Shown here one piece after another: positions 8,448 through 18,056 of a stretch of 33,894 nucleotides of DNA. Origin of the DNA: Candidatus Izemoplasma sp. (GTDB lineage Bacteria; Bacillota_I; Bacilli_A; Izemoplasmatales; Izemoplasmataceae). Under the pieces are notes generated by a model. The model saw nothing but the letters and a program-made list of their open reading frames with translations, had not been told where the DNA came from and made no database searches. The stretch lies in the NCBI GenBank assembly GCA_029939615.1, contig JAOZSP010000002.1, forward strand, positions 1-33,894, in the 5' to 3' direction. The stretch's first letter is position 1; each line of letters opens with the position of its first letter. The position numbers were made by a program, and so were the translations under genes.

Positions 8448-9320
8448 CTAGAATTTAAGTTTTTTAAATAGAGTAGGATATAAACCTAGTCCTATAAACG
8501 CTATTAAGCCATATCTTACTAAATCTAAAATATGTAATAAGATTGAACCTTCGCTCGCGAAGGTATCAAAAAGGATTCCTAGACCAAGTTGAATAGATAC
8601 CATTATTATTAATCCACTTACAACTCTTATTGCTTTTTTGGATAGTGGAATATCCATATTGAACTTAATATATTTCTTTTCATAGTACATTGCGAAAGTA
8701 AATCCTAATAATAAACCATAGCTTTTATATAAACTTTCATCAGTAAAAATGAATAAGAATGGTAGAAATACTAATAATACTATAAGATATATCTTAAATA
8801 AAGCTTTATCATTATTTTTTATTTTATTAAAGAATTTATGGAAAAAGTATGCAGTTGTAACACCTAATACTAATGAAACTAAAACGTCTTCTAAGAAATG
8901 AACTCCTAAATACATTCTTGATAACGCCATTAAAATACATAAAATTCCAGCAACTATAAATATATTCTTTTTCTTAGACCAAAATGCTTCAGCAAATAAA
9001 AAGGCTGTAAAGTTTTGAGTATGTCCACTTGGGAAAGACATTCCAGTAGATGTTTCAGGTCTTAAGTTAGTAATTCTACTAGGATATTTTTCAAAAGGAC
9101 GTTTCGCAGCTACTATTACTTTGATGATACTGTTAAGGATTCCTGTAAAGAATAAAGTGAACGCAAGAAACTCACCTAATTTTTTATCATAAGCATAATA
9201 AATGGTACCTAAAATTAAAATATAAATATATTCCTCACCTAAAAAGGAAATGGTATTAAAGAAAGAATCCCAAAAGCCATTTTGCCATGATTGTATAAAT
9301 TCAACTATTTCAATAGTCAT
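8448..9320 (-). CDS. PAP2-family membrane phosphatase
   Basis: K-x6-RP (KVIVAAKRP), SFPSGH and SRMYLGVHFLED. Start placed at 9320 from RBS GGAG spacing. Confidence 0.9.
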   Translation of the reverse strand: MTIEIVEFIQSWQNGFWDSFFNTISFLGEEYIYILILGTIYYAYDKKLGEFLAFTLFFTGILNSIIKVIVAAKRPFEKYPSRITNLRPETSTGMSFPSGHTQNFTAFLFAEAFWSKKKNIFIVAGILCILMALSRMYLGVHFLEDVLVSLVLGVTTAYFFHKFFNKIKNNDKALFKIYLIVLLVFLPFLFIFTDESLYKSYGLLLGFTFAMYYEKKYIKFNMDIPLSKKAIRVVSGLIIMVSIQLGLGILFDTFASEGSILLHILDLVRYGLIAFIGLGLYPTLFKKLKF

Positions 9321-9461
9321 AATATCAACTCCCATCATTCATCATTATAACATATATATTATAATGTGAAAAAATGAATCAATGAAACTTGTTTTAATAA
9401 TTATAAAGATTTGATAAAATGAGTATAGAATACTTACATTATCATTTGAAAGGATGAGTTT

Positions 9462-10361
9462 ATGTATCCTAAGAAATTACCTAAAAATGCGACGATTGGA
9501 ATAGTTGCCCCAAGTAGCCCAGCAAGAGAAGGAATAGTCTTAAAAGGAAAAGAAGTTTTAGAACAACTAGGATTCAACGTTGTTTTAGGTGAGAGCTGTT
9601 TTAAGAGATACGCTGGCTATTTATCAGGAACTGACGATATAAGAGCTAATGATATAAATAAGATGTTTATGGATAAAACAATTGATGGTATTATCTGTTT
9701 AAAAGGTGGGTATGGAAGTCCTAGGATTGTTGATTTAATTGATTATGAGACTATTATCGAAAATCCTAAGTTCTTTAGTGGATTTAGTGATGTAACTGCC
9801 TTGTTAAATGCGATATATTTAAAGTGTGATTTGGTAACTTATCACGGATTAATGCTAACTGTCGATTTTATTAAGCAAAATGATATTTCAATTAATTCTT
9901 TTTTTGATTGTGCAATAAATCAAAAAAAGAATTATGTAATTCAAAGTGAAGATGCAGTAGTAATTAATGAAGGTACGGTAGAAGGGGTTTTAGTTGGGGG
10001 AAATCTAAGTTTAATATGTGCAATGAATGGTAGTGAGTATATGTTTGATCCTCCAAATAAAATATTACTGTTAGAAGAAATTCATGAAGAGGTGTACCGC
10101 GTAGATAGAATGCTTCAAAACTTACGTTTATCGGGAGTTTTAAATAAAGTCATAGGAATAGTTGTTGGTGGTATTACAGCACCTAAAGAGCAACTAGATA
10201 AAGAGTATAGTTATTATCAGTTGTTTAGAGAGTTCTTAGAACCTTTAGGAATTCCAGTTATATACAATTTTCCAATTGGACATGTTACCCCAAGGTACAC
10301 AGTTCCAATTGGTGGTAAAGTAATACTTAATACTTATAAAAAAAGTCTTAAAATTATTTAG
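9462..10361 (+). CDS. S66-family peptidase (LD-carboxypeptidase / MccF-like)
   Basis: IGIVAPSSP, KGGYGS, GFSDVT (Ser), GGNLS, LEEIHE (Glu) and PIGHV (His). Confidence 0.92.
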   Translation: MYPKKLPKNATIGIVAPSSPAREGIVLKGKEVLEQLGFNVVLGESCFKRYAGYLSGTDDIRANDINKMFMDKTIDGIICLKGGYGSPRIVDLIDYETIIENPKFFSGFSDVTALLNAIYLKCDLVTYHGLMLTVDFIKQNDISINSFFDCAINQKKNYVIQSEDAVVINEGTVEGVLVGGNLSLICAMNGSEYMFDPPNKILLLEEIHEEVYRVDRMLQNLRLSGVLNKVIGIVVGGITAPKEQLDKEYSYYQLFREFLEPLGIPVIYNFPIGHVTPRYTVPIGGKVILNTYKKSLKII

Positions 10362-10373
10362 GAGGTTCAAATT

Positions 10374-11093
10374 ATGAAAAGATATATTGAAATTAAGTAT
10401 AACGATTACCTTTTAAGAGGATATCATCATGATAATAAGTCAGAGGAAGTAGTTATCATGTTCCACGGATTTACGGGAAACAAATCAGAATCAAAATTAA
10501 TGTTTAAACAGTTATCAGAAAAATTTGATAAAGAAAATATTGATTCTATAAGAGTCGATTACTTAGGACATGGAGAAAGTGACGGCTTGTTTAAAGATAT
10601 GGTTTTTAGTGATTTGTTGTTACAAGCAAAAACGGTTATCGAATATACAAGAAGTATTGGATATGAGAAAATCAATCTTCTAGGATTTTCAATGGGAGGA
10701 TTAATTACATTACATCTACTTGAAGAAAGTATCAATAAAGCAATAATGATATCTCCGGCAGTTGACTTTTATGATAATATCAAAAAGGCATTTGAAACAC
10801 ATAAAAGGTTAAAAAATGACAATATAGATATAGGTGGATTTGAACTAGGATATAGTTTTTTGACTTCTTTAGAAGGATTGAATCCAAAAATATATGCTAA
10901 ATCATATTGTAATCCAACATTATTCATTGTGGGTAATGAAGATAAGGCAGTTAACTTTGAAGAAGTAACTAGAGTAAGTGATGAGTTTGATAATACTAAA
11001 TTACATGTATTTGATAAGGGAGATCATTTATATAGTAGTCTAGACTACTATCAAAGGTTAGAAAAGACGATTGTTGAATTTTTAAAAAGGTAA
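10374..11093 (+). CDS. Alpha/beta hydrolase (esterase/peptidase-like)
   Basis: HGFTG oxyanion motif, GHGESDG, nucleophile elbow GFSMGG, GNEDKAV (Asp) and GDH (His); RBS AGGAGG. Confidence 0.9.
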   Translation: MKRYIEIKYNDYLLRGYHHDNKSEEVVIMFHGFTGNKSESKLMFKQLSEKFDKENIDSIRVDYLGHGESDGLFKDMVFSDLLLQAKTVIEYTRSIGYEKINLLGFSMGGLITLHLLEESINKAIMISPAVDFYDNIKKAFETHKRLKNDNIDIGGFELGYSFLTSLEGLNPKIYAKSYCNPTLFIVGNEDKAVNFEEVTRVSDEFDNTKLHVFDKGDHLYSSLDYYQRLEKTIVEFLKR

Positions 11094-11095
11094 GT

Positions 11096-11129
11096 AAAAA
11101 GCGATATTTCAAATTTGAAATATCGCTTT
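11096..11129. terminator. Bidirectional terminator (perfect 32-bp palindrome)
   Basis: AAAGCGATATTTCAAA|TTTGAAATATCGCTTT (11098-11129), between convergent genes. Confidence 0.8.
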
Positions 11130-11136
11130 AATATTA

Positions 11137-11334
11137 TTAAGTTTGTGTTAGTTCGCAGTCCAAAGGATCAATGACTTCATCATCTCTAACAGAGCAATGA
11201 GGACTATTACAAGCATCACAACCTGCTTTATTTGTTCCCTTTGGTACAGGGGTGTTCTTGTTTAATAAAGATATTCCTAAATACATTCCGATTACAACTA
11301 CTAAAATACTTAAAATTAATAAGAAACTATTCAT
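11137..11334 (-). CDS. Small single-TM protein with a Cys-rich tail (CxxCxxxxC)
   Basis: MNSFLLILSILVVVIGMYLG...GCDACNSPHC; RBS GGAG before ATG 11334. Resembles FeoB-associated Cys-rich membrane proteins (inference). Confidence 0.7.
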   Translation of the reverse strand: MNSFLLILSILVVVIGMYLGISLLNKNTPVPKGTNKAGCDACNSPHCSVRDDEVIDPLDCELTQT

Positions 11335-11402
11335 AATATCAACTCCATGAATACAGTATAGCACGCTATAAGGTTATGAGAAATGAAGACGCAATTATTC
11401 TT

Positions 11403-11429
11403 TTAGCACTCATTACTTGACAGTGCTAA
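11403..11429. promoter_or_regulatory. CIRCE element (HrcA operator)
   Basis: TTAGCACTC-N9-cAGTGCTAA, one mismatch to consensus TTAGCACTC-N9-GAGTGCTAA, upstream of a heat-shock gene. Confidence 0.92.
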
Positions 11430-11445
11430 CAAGAAGTTGTATAAT
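11417..11445 (+). promoter_or_regulatory. Consensus sigma-A promoter of htpG
   Basis: TTGACA (11417-11422), 17 bp, TATAAT (11440-11445). Confidence 0.9.
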
Positions 11446-11488
11446 ATTTCTTGTTATACTACAAAATAGATACTTAGGAGGCATATAT

Positions 11489-13378
11489 ATGGCAAAAACA
11501 AAACAATTTAAAACAGAATCAAAAAAGTTATTAGATTTAATGATTAATTCAATTTATACCCATAGAGAAATCTTCTTGAGAGAATTAATAAGTAATGCTA
11601 GTGATGCAATTGATAAAAGACATTATTTAGCGTTAACTGACGCGGATAAAGCTGATGATTATGAAATGTTTATTGCTTTAGATAATGATAAACGTACTTT
11701 AACATTATCTGACAATGGTATTGGGTTTACAGAAGAAGAATTAATTAATAATTTAGGAACTATTGCTAGAAGTGGTAGTAAAGAATTTAAAGAAGGATTA
11801 GAAAACGCTGATATTGAAATTATCGGACAGTTTGGAGTTGGGTTCTATAGCGCTTTTATGGTATCTAAAAAAGTTACTGTAATAACAAAAAGTGTTAACA
11901 GTGAACAAGCTTATAAATGGACCAGTGATGGTACTAGCAACTATACAATAAGTGAAGCTGAGAAGGATGATTTTGGAACTGATATTATATTAGAACTTCG
12001 AGATAACAATGAGGAAAACGAAGAAAACTACGATGACTATTTAAGTGAGTATTTTGTTAAGAAGCTTGTTAAGAAATATAGTGATTATGTTCGTTATCCT
12101 ATCAAAATGGATGTAACAAAAACTGATTACCCCGAAGATAAAGATGAGAAGCCTATAACTTATATGGAAACAGAAACATTAAATTCAATGATTCCTTTAT
12201 GGAGAAGAAATAAAAGTGAAATAAAAGATGATGAATATAATGATTTTTATAAACATCAATTTAATGACTTTGATGATCCACTTAAAGTTATTCACTCAAA
12301 AGTAGAAGGAATGATAACTTATACTAGTTTATTATTCATTCCTAAGAAAGCGCCATTTGATTTATATAGTGAGAAATTCGAAAAAGGATTACAACTATAC
12401 AGTAAAGGTGTCTTCATTATGGATAAGAATAAAGAACTTATTCCTGACTATTTCCGATTTGTAAGAGGGTTAGTTGATTCTAGTGATTTAAGTTTAAACT
12501 TAAGTCGTGAAATGTTACAACACGATCGTCATTTGAAGAAAATCGCTGCGAATGTTGAAAAGAAAATCAAATCAGAACTTGAAAAAATGCAAAAAAATGA
12601 TCGTGAATCATATAACGAATTATATAAAACATATGGTATTAATCTTAAATATGGTATTTATGAAGGATACGGTATCAACAAAGAACTTCTACAAGACTTA
12701 ATTATGTTTAAAACAACTAAATCTGACGAATATGTTACATTGAAAGAATATACTGATAACATGGATAAGAAACAAAAAGTAATATATTATGCATCAGGTA
12801 AATCAAAAGACTCTATTTTGGCTTTACCACAAATGGACTTAATCAAAGACAAAGATTACGAAGTATTATTATTTACTGATGATATCGATGAATTTATGGT
12901 AAATATATTAATGAAGTATGATGATAAAGAATTTAAATCAATTAATCAAGGTGATTTAGATTTGATTGATAAAAAAGATGAGAAGGTTTTAGATAAACTT
13001 TCTAAAGAAAAAGAATCTTTACTTCAAGCACTAAAAGCTGGATTAAGTGAAAAAGTAACAGATGTTAAATTATCAAAAAGATTAAAAGATAGTCCTGTAT
13101 GTTTAGTTAGTGGAGAAGGACTAAGTATGGAGATGGAAAAAGTTCTAAAAAATATGCCGAATAGTAAAGATGCTAAGGCAACTAAGATTTTAGAAATAAA
13201 TCCAAATCATGAAATCTTTAAAACACTAGAGAAAGTATATGAAACTAATCCTGATAAAATTACTAAGTATGCTAAAATCTTATATTCTCAGGCATTACTG
13301 ATTGAAGGATTACCACTGGAAAATCCTGTTGAATTTAGTAATTTAATGATTGAATTTATGATTGACAAAGTAGAATAA
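11489..13378 (+). CDS. htpG: Molecular chaperone HtpG (Hsp90)
   Basis: EIFLRELISNASDA, DNGIG, NLGTIARSG, IGQFGVGFYSAF, SREMLQ and LEINPNH; RBS AGGAGG before ATG 11489. Confidence 0.97.
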   Translation: MAKTKQFKTESKKLLDLMINSIYTHREIFLRELISNASDAIDKRHYLALTDADKADDYEMFIALDNDKRTLTLSDNGIGFTEEELINNLGTIARSGSKEFKEGLENADIEIIGQFGVGFYSAFMVSKKVTVITKSVNSEQAYKWTSDGTSNYTISEAEKDDFGTDIILELRDNNEENEENYDDYLSEYFVKKLVKKYSDYVRYPIKMDVTKTDYPEDKDEKPITYMETETLNSMIPLWRRNKSEIKDDEYNDFYKHQFNDFDDPLKVIHSKVEGMITYTSLLFIPKKAPFDLYSEKFEKGLQLYSKGVFIMDKNKELIPDYFRFVRGLVDSSDLSLNLSREMLQHDRHLKKIAANVEKKIKSELEKMQKNDRESYNELYKTYGINLKYGIYEGYGINKELLQDLIMFKTTKSDEYVTLKEYTDNMDKKQKVIYYASGKSKDSILALPQMDLIKDKDYEVLLFTDDIDEFMVNILMKYDDKEFKSINQGDLDLIDKKDEKVLDKLSKEKESLLQALKAGLSEKVTDVKLSKRLKDSPVCLVSGEGLSMEMEKVLKNMPNSKDAKATKILEINPNHEIFKTLEKVYETNPDKITKYAKILYSQALLIEGLPLENPVEFSNLMIEFMIDKVE

Positions 13379-13382
13379 GATG

Positions 13383-13418
13383 AAAAATGATTACATTTTG
13401 AATGTAATCATTTTTTTT
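13383..13418 (+). terminator. htpG intrinsic terminator
   Basis: AAAAATGATTACATT-ttg-AATGTAATCATTTTTTTT. Confidence 0.88.
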
Positions 13419-13493
13419 GATTCTACCACTTTGAGCTATCTAAGAGGTAGATGAATTATGAATAATGACGTTTTAGACCTATCTAAACGTAAG

Positions 13494-13537
13494 AAAACAC
13501 CAATCTTAGTTCCACGTGGAACTAAGATTGGTGTTTT
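13494..13537. terminator. Perfect 44-bp palindrome, probable terminator of the HD-GYP gene
   Basis: AAAACACCAATCTTAGTTCCAC|GTGGAACTAAGATTGGTGTTTT. Confidence 0.7.
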
Positions 13538-13582
13538 GGAATTTTTATATGTAATCTTTTTTCTTCTAGAAAAACTAAATTT

Positions 13583-15595
13583 TTAGTGTTCACTAAAAAT
13601 TGATTTTAGTTGTCCTTCTTTTATTAGTTCAATCATGATGTCAGAAATGTCTGGATTAAACTGGGTACCTTTATACATTGTTAGTTCTTTAATTATTTCT
13701 TCAGGATTTTTTTGCATTGAGTACGGTCTTAATGTGGCCATAGAACTTACGCTGTCAGCAACACATAGAATTTGGGATCCAAGAGGTATTTTGGATTTGG
13801 CTAGTCCATCAGGATATCCACTACCATTCCACCACTCATGATGGTGTTTAACTAATAAAGCAATTTCTTTAAGTGAAGAACTTTTACTTAATATTTCGAA
13901 ACCGAAGATTGGATGTTCTTTTACTTTTTTATATTCTGATAATGTTATTTTTGATGGTTTATTTATTATTTCGCTTGGAACTCCAATTTTACCAATATCA
14001 TGAACAATACCTGCCCAATATATTCTTGATACTTCATCTTCTGGTAATTTCATTCTTTGTGCGATTATTTGAGATATTTCAGCAACGTCTTCACTGTGCC
14101 CTCCTGTATATTTATCATATAGTTCTAGTGTTCTAATTAAACTGAGCACAATTTCATCTTTTAAATCATTGTTTCTTAATGATAACTTATTCATATCAAA
14201 GAATGAGTTGATTAGTTTTTGAAATGCAGCTATATTATTAAAATCTTCTTGGGATATTGTGTTTGGACTTCCTTCTTTTATATCAAAAGAAATTACTCCG
14301 TACTCTGAATCAAAGACTTCTATAACAATTATTATTGATTCCTTTAATTTAGGAATTGAATTAGAGAATAAAGGAAATCTCTCTTTAAGAATTTTTTCAA
14401 ACTCCATAGCAAAATCATGTGTGTGTCTTGGGGTTATCCTTTCCCAATTAATGGAATTCGATTTAATGTCTAAATTATTTAAGAAGTCTAAGTCGTAGCC
14501 TTTAGCAGATAGAAACTCAATATTATTATCAGTATTTGTAAAACAGAAAGAACCGTCTATCTTATCAAATAACTTCATTGCTATTTTGTGAATATCTATT
14601 AGATAACTATTTTTATATGTAATATCTTCAGTATCAAGAGTATCTTTAACTTTTATCAAACTTAGAGTTGATTCCATCATTTCTTCTAGGCGTTCATTAG
14701 TTTTAATTAGGGACTTATTTTGTTCAATTACTTTTATAACTAGTGTTTTTCCGAAAATAGAGATGATAATTGCACTCATCAAAAATAGATTAAAGCCAAC
14801 GATTGAGTGGTTATCGACTGCCATGTCATTAATTTGAAAGTACACAATATTGTAGGTTAGGATATATGCATAGCTTAAATATATCATCATTCTGTAATTG
14901 TAGTTAAAAATAGTAGTCATGAAGAAGATAAGAATAATACTTGCATAAATAGTAAACTTAAAATTTGGGAATAGATGCATAAAGTATATATAACTTACTA
15001 TAATAAACAAAATTATAAAGATAGAAAAGGAAAGTAATTTTTTTAATGTAATAGAAAAATAATCATCCTTTTTCCCAGAATATATTACTGTCGTTGTAAA
15101 TATCGAAATACTTACTAAAGCCATTATAAGAATTTGACTAAAGATATTGATGAACGAGGTGTCAGTTTGAAAACTGAAATAGATACTGGAGGGAACAGAT
15201 ACAACTAATGAAGTGATGAATACGGATAGAAGATATAGAAAACCTGTTTTTATTGATTCTGGCGTTTCACACTTAAACCTTGTTGTTAAGGCGTCAAAGG
15301 CAAGCATAGGGACTAATGACATTGCGCAAATTGCCATGCCGAATATGAAAGAATCAAAAAATGAATTATTTATGAGAATACGGATAAAAAATCCAGATGA
15401 AAATAGTCCAGTAATAATACCTGGCAGTGCTTTTTTCCCAAAAGTTTTGTAAAAACCAATGGCTAAACCTAAGAAAATCATTATGGGATAATGATTGTCA
15501 AGCTTTTCTATAAAAAGTTCTTCGAGAATAACTGTAACAGCAAGAATGATGCCGATAGCAATATTCTTGTTAATATTTGACGCTTTTCGTAACAT
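13583..15595 (-). CDS. Membrane-bound HD-GYP cyclic-dinucleotide phosphodiesterase (multi-TM sensor, GAF-like linker, HD-GYP)
   Basis: DKYTGGHSEDV, VHDIGKIG, HHHEWWNGSGYPDGL, VADS and RPY; hydrophobic N-terminal ~290 aa; RBS AGGGGTG. Confidence 0.9.
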   Translation of the reverse strand: MLRKASNINKNIAIGIILAVTVILEELFIEKLDNHYPIMIFLGLAIGFYKTFGKKALPGIITGLFSSGFFIRILINNSFFDSFIFGMAICAMSLVPMLAFDALTTRFKCETPESIKTGFLYLLSVFITSLVVSVPSSIYFSFQTDTSFINIFSQILIMALVSISIFTTTVIYSGKKDDYFSITLKKLLSFSIFIILFIIVSYIYFMHLFPNFKFTIYASIILIFFMTTIFNYNYRMMIYLSYAYILTYNIVYFQINDMAVDNHSIVGFNLFLMSAIIISIFGKTLVIKVIEQNKSLIKTNERLEEMMESTLSLIKVKDTLDTEDITYKNSYLIDIHKIAMKLFDKIDGSFCFTNTDNNIEFLSAKGYDLDFLNNLDIKSNSINWERITPRHTHDFAMEFEKILKERFPLFSNSIPKLKESIIIVIEVFDSEYGVISFDIKEGSPNTISQEDFNNIAAFQKLINSFFDMNKLSLRNNDLKDEIVLSLIRTLELYDKYTGGHSEDVAEISQIIAQRMKLPEDEVSRIYWAGIVHDIGKIGVPSEIINKPSKITLSEYKKVKEHPIFGFEILSKSSSLKEIALLVKHHHEWWNGSGYPDGLAKSKIPLGSQILCVADSVSSMATLRPYSMQKNPEEIIKELTMYKGTQFNPDISDIMIELIKEGQLKSIFSEH

Positions 15596-15716
15596 AAAAT
15601 CACCCCTGTAAAATTGATTTCGTATAATTTATTATAGGATAGAAAAGTGTATTTCACAAATAATTTATCGGGTAAAATGTATTTCAAGCAAGTATATGTG
15701 TAACTTATTATATTAA

Positions 15717-15745
15717 TTGTATTGAGATATTAAGTATAGTATAAT
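15717..15745 (+). promoter_or_regulatory. Probable promoter of the ABC transporter pair
   Basis: TTGTAT, 17 bp, TATAAT. Confidence 0.55.
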
Positions 15746-15807
15746 ATGAAAAGCAAAAGAATATTTACTGAATGAAAGGACAGTTTTCATGAACTGAGGT
15801 GGAAGTA

Positions 15808-18048
15808 ATGCTTAAATTAGTTAATGTTTCAAAATATTACCACAGTAATGATGTTGTAGCACTCGGACTTAGAAAAGTAAGTCTGGAATTTAAACTTGGA
15901 GAGTTTATAGCTGTAACTGGTGAAAGTGGTAGTGGGAAAAGTACATTATTAAATGTAATTAGTGGATTAGATACTTATGAAGATGGGGAAATGTATGTTA
16001 ACTCCGAAGAAACATCATATTTTTCGATTGAAGAATGGGAAAGTTATCGTCGACAATATATTGGTTTTGTTTTTCAAAACTATAATATTATTGATTCTTA
16101 TAGTGTTTTAGAAAATGTGATGATTGCTTTAACAATTCAAGGGTATGATCCGATAAATAGAAAAAAAAGAGCTTTAGAATTAATAGATAAAGTAGGTTTA
16201 TCTAGTCATGCTCATCATAAAGCATCTAAATTATCAGGAGGGCAAAAACAGCGAGCTGTTATTGCAAGAGCTTTAGCAAAAGATTGTCCGATAATTGTTG
16301 CAGATGAGCCAACAGGTAACTTAGATAGTGAATCTAGTAAGGTTGTTATGTCTTTGTTACAAGAAATATCAAAAGATAAACTTGTTATAGTAGTTACACA
16401 TAACTACTCACAAGTAGAAGAATATGCTACTAGAAAGATTCGTTTGTTTGATGGTGAAGTTGTTGAAGATAAAAGAACGAGTAATAGAAAAGATGTTAAT
16501 GATAGTGTTGAATTAGCTACTCATAAAATGAATCTTGGGGATTTAAGTTTGATTTCTTTAAGAAACTTATTTAGAACACCTAGAAGAACTATCTTTACAA
16601 TGATTGTAGCAATGTTTATCGCTATTATATTCACATTTAGTTATGGTAGTTATGTAAGTGAAACTAATGGTGGTATTTCTTTTCAGGATACTGGATATTT
16701 TACTAATGTTACTGAATCAAGAATTGTAGTTACTAAATTTGATAATTCAAAATTTACTCCTGCTGAATTAGATAGCTTATCGGGACTTGATAGGGTTAAT
16801 TATTTATTAGAGCATGATGTAGTTTTGGATTCATATATTATGTCATACGTTTCAGAATATGATTATGTTTATACTAGGAGTAACTTGATAAATCCTGCAA
16901 GTATGTTAAGCACGAAAGACATAAAATTGGGTAGGTTACCTACAAGTACGTATGAGATTGTTGTTGAAGATTTTGATGAGTATTCACTTGGAGATACTAT
17001 TAAATTAGGATATGATCATCCTGAGTTTACCTCTAGTGATGATTTTGTAAATAACACGGGAATTGCTTTTGAGATTGTTGGTATTGTAAAGAACATTAAT
17101 CCAAATTCTTGGGAACAAAGAATGTATTTCCACGATGATTTTATTGAATCAGACATCGTTAAAGTAAATGCATATATTACTGGGCGTTGGGGTCAAGCAT
17201 ATGTTCGATATAATCTAATGTTGACAGGTGAGGATATTGGTGTGAATCTTAGCTATAATAATTATCTTATTGATGATACGTTGAATGATGGTGAGGTTGA
17301 AATAAGTTGGGATATCTTAAATGAACTATCTTTGATGGTAGACCAACTACCTTATGAGGGAAATGCTGATTTCTTTTTAGGGCTTAACTTTACTTTAGAT
17401 GGTGAATCAAACTTTTTTGAGACTACTACTGATATTGAAATAGTTGACGAGTACACTATGGATTCTGATAGAGGATATAATACAATCGTTATGAATCAAA
17501 ACACATTTAACAGTTTGATTCCAGATGAGACTTATCAAATAAGTATATTAGTCACAGATACTTATGACGCTGAAAAAGTATTAGAGGAACTTGAAGATTT
17601 AGGTTATAATGCTATTTACCCTTCAAACATTGGGAATGCATTTGATGAGATTATTCAATTGCTTTCTGGGTTATATTTTGCATTTTTGATGGGGTTATTA
17701 ATGATAGTTATTTACTTCATTAGTTATATTGTTTTAAGAAATGTTCAAAATTCTAAGAAAAAAGATTATTTAATCTTTAGATCTATAGGTGCAAGTAAAA
17801 AAGATTTAAACAAAGTAACAATTTTAGAACTATTATTTACAGTAACATTGGCTTATATAGTTACAATGGTACTGCTTTATGTAAACGAATTATTTGATAC
17901 ATTTATTCCTCAATATTTACGATTCTTTACGGTGTATAGTTATATTACTATTTTCCTATTATTAACAGTTTTATCACTGTTATTAGGGAATAGATTTAAT
18001 AAAAGAATATTTAGTAATTCTGTAATTACTTCATTAAAACAAGAGTAG
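15808..18048 (+). CDS. MacB/FtsX-type fused ABC ATPase-permease (copy 1)
   Basis: Walker A GESGSGKST, signature [20 protein letters not shown]; one TM, a large extracellular domain, three TMs with RSIGAS. ATG 15808 follows GAGGTGG. Confidence 0.92.
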   Translation: MLKLVNVSKYYHSNDVVALGLRKVSLEFKLGEFIAVTGESGSGKSTLLNVISGLDTYEDGEMYVNSEETSYFSIEEWESYRRQYIGFVFQNYNIIDSYSVLENVMIALTIQGYDPINRKKRALELIDKVGLSSHAHHKASKLSGGQKQRAVIARALAKDCPIIVADEPTGNLDSESSKVVMSLLQEISKDKLVIVVTHNYSQVEEYATRKIRLFDGEVVEDKRTSNRKDVNDSVELATHKMNLGDLSLISLRNLFRTPRRTIFTMIVAMFIAIIFTFSYGSYVSETNGGISFQDTGYFTNVTESRIVVTKFDNSKFTPAELDSLSGLDRVNYLLEHDVVLDSYIMSYVSEYDYVYTRSNLINPASMLSTKDIKLGRLPTSTYEIVVEDFDEYSLGDTIKLGYDHPEFTSSDDFVNNTGIAFEIVGIVKNINPNSWEQRMYFHDDFIESDIVKVNAYITGRWGQAYVRYNLMLTGEDIGVNLSYNNYLIDDTLNDGEVEISWDILNELSLMVDQLPYEGNADFFLGLNFTLDGESNFFETTTDIEIVDEYTMDSDRGYNTIVMNQNTFNSLIPDETYQISILVTDTYDAEKVLEELEDLGYNAIYPSNIGNAFDEIIQLLSGLYFAFLMGLLMIVIYFISYIVLRNVQNSKKKDYLIFRSIGASKKDLNKVTILELLFTVTLAYIVTMVLLYVNELFDTFIPQYLRFFTVYSYITIFLLLTVLSLLLGNRFNKRIFSNSVITSLKQE

Positions 18049-18056
18049 GTGACAAC

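Noticed and set aside
9318-11346. Identical 15-mer CATAATATCAACTCC at 9318-9332 and 11332-11346
   Set aside because: Both are the reverse complement of RBS, spacer and ATG (GGAGTTGATATTATG) of minus-strand genes; translation signals explain them better than a target-site duplication.
11417-11488. TTG-start extension of htpG
   Set aside because: The TTG is the -35 box; AGGAGG supports ATG 11489.
13635-15452. Plus-strand short ORFs within the HD-GYP gene
   Set aside because: Antisense shadows of a strongly supported CDS.
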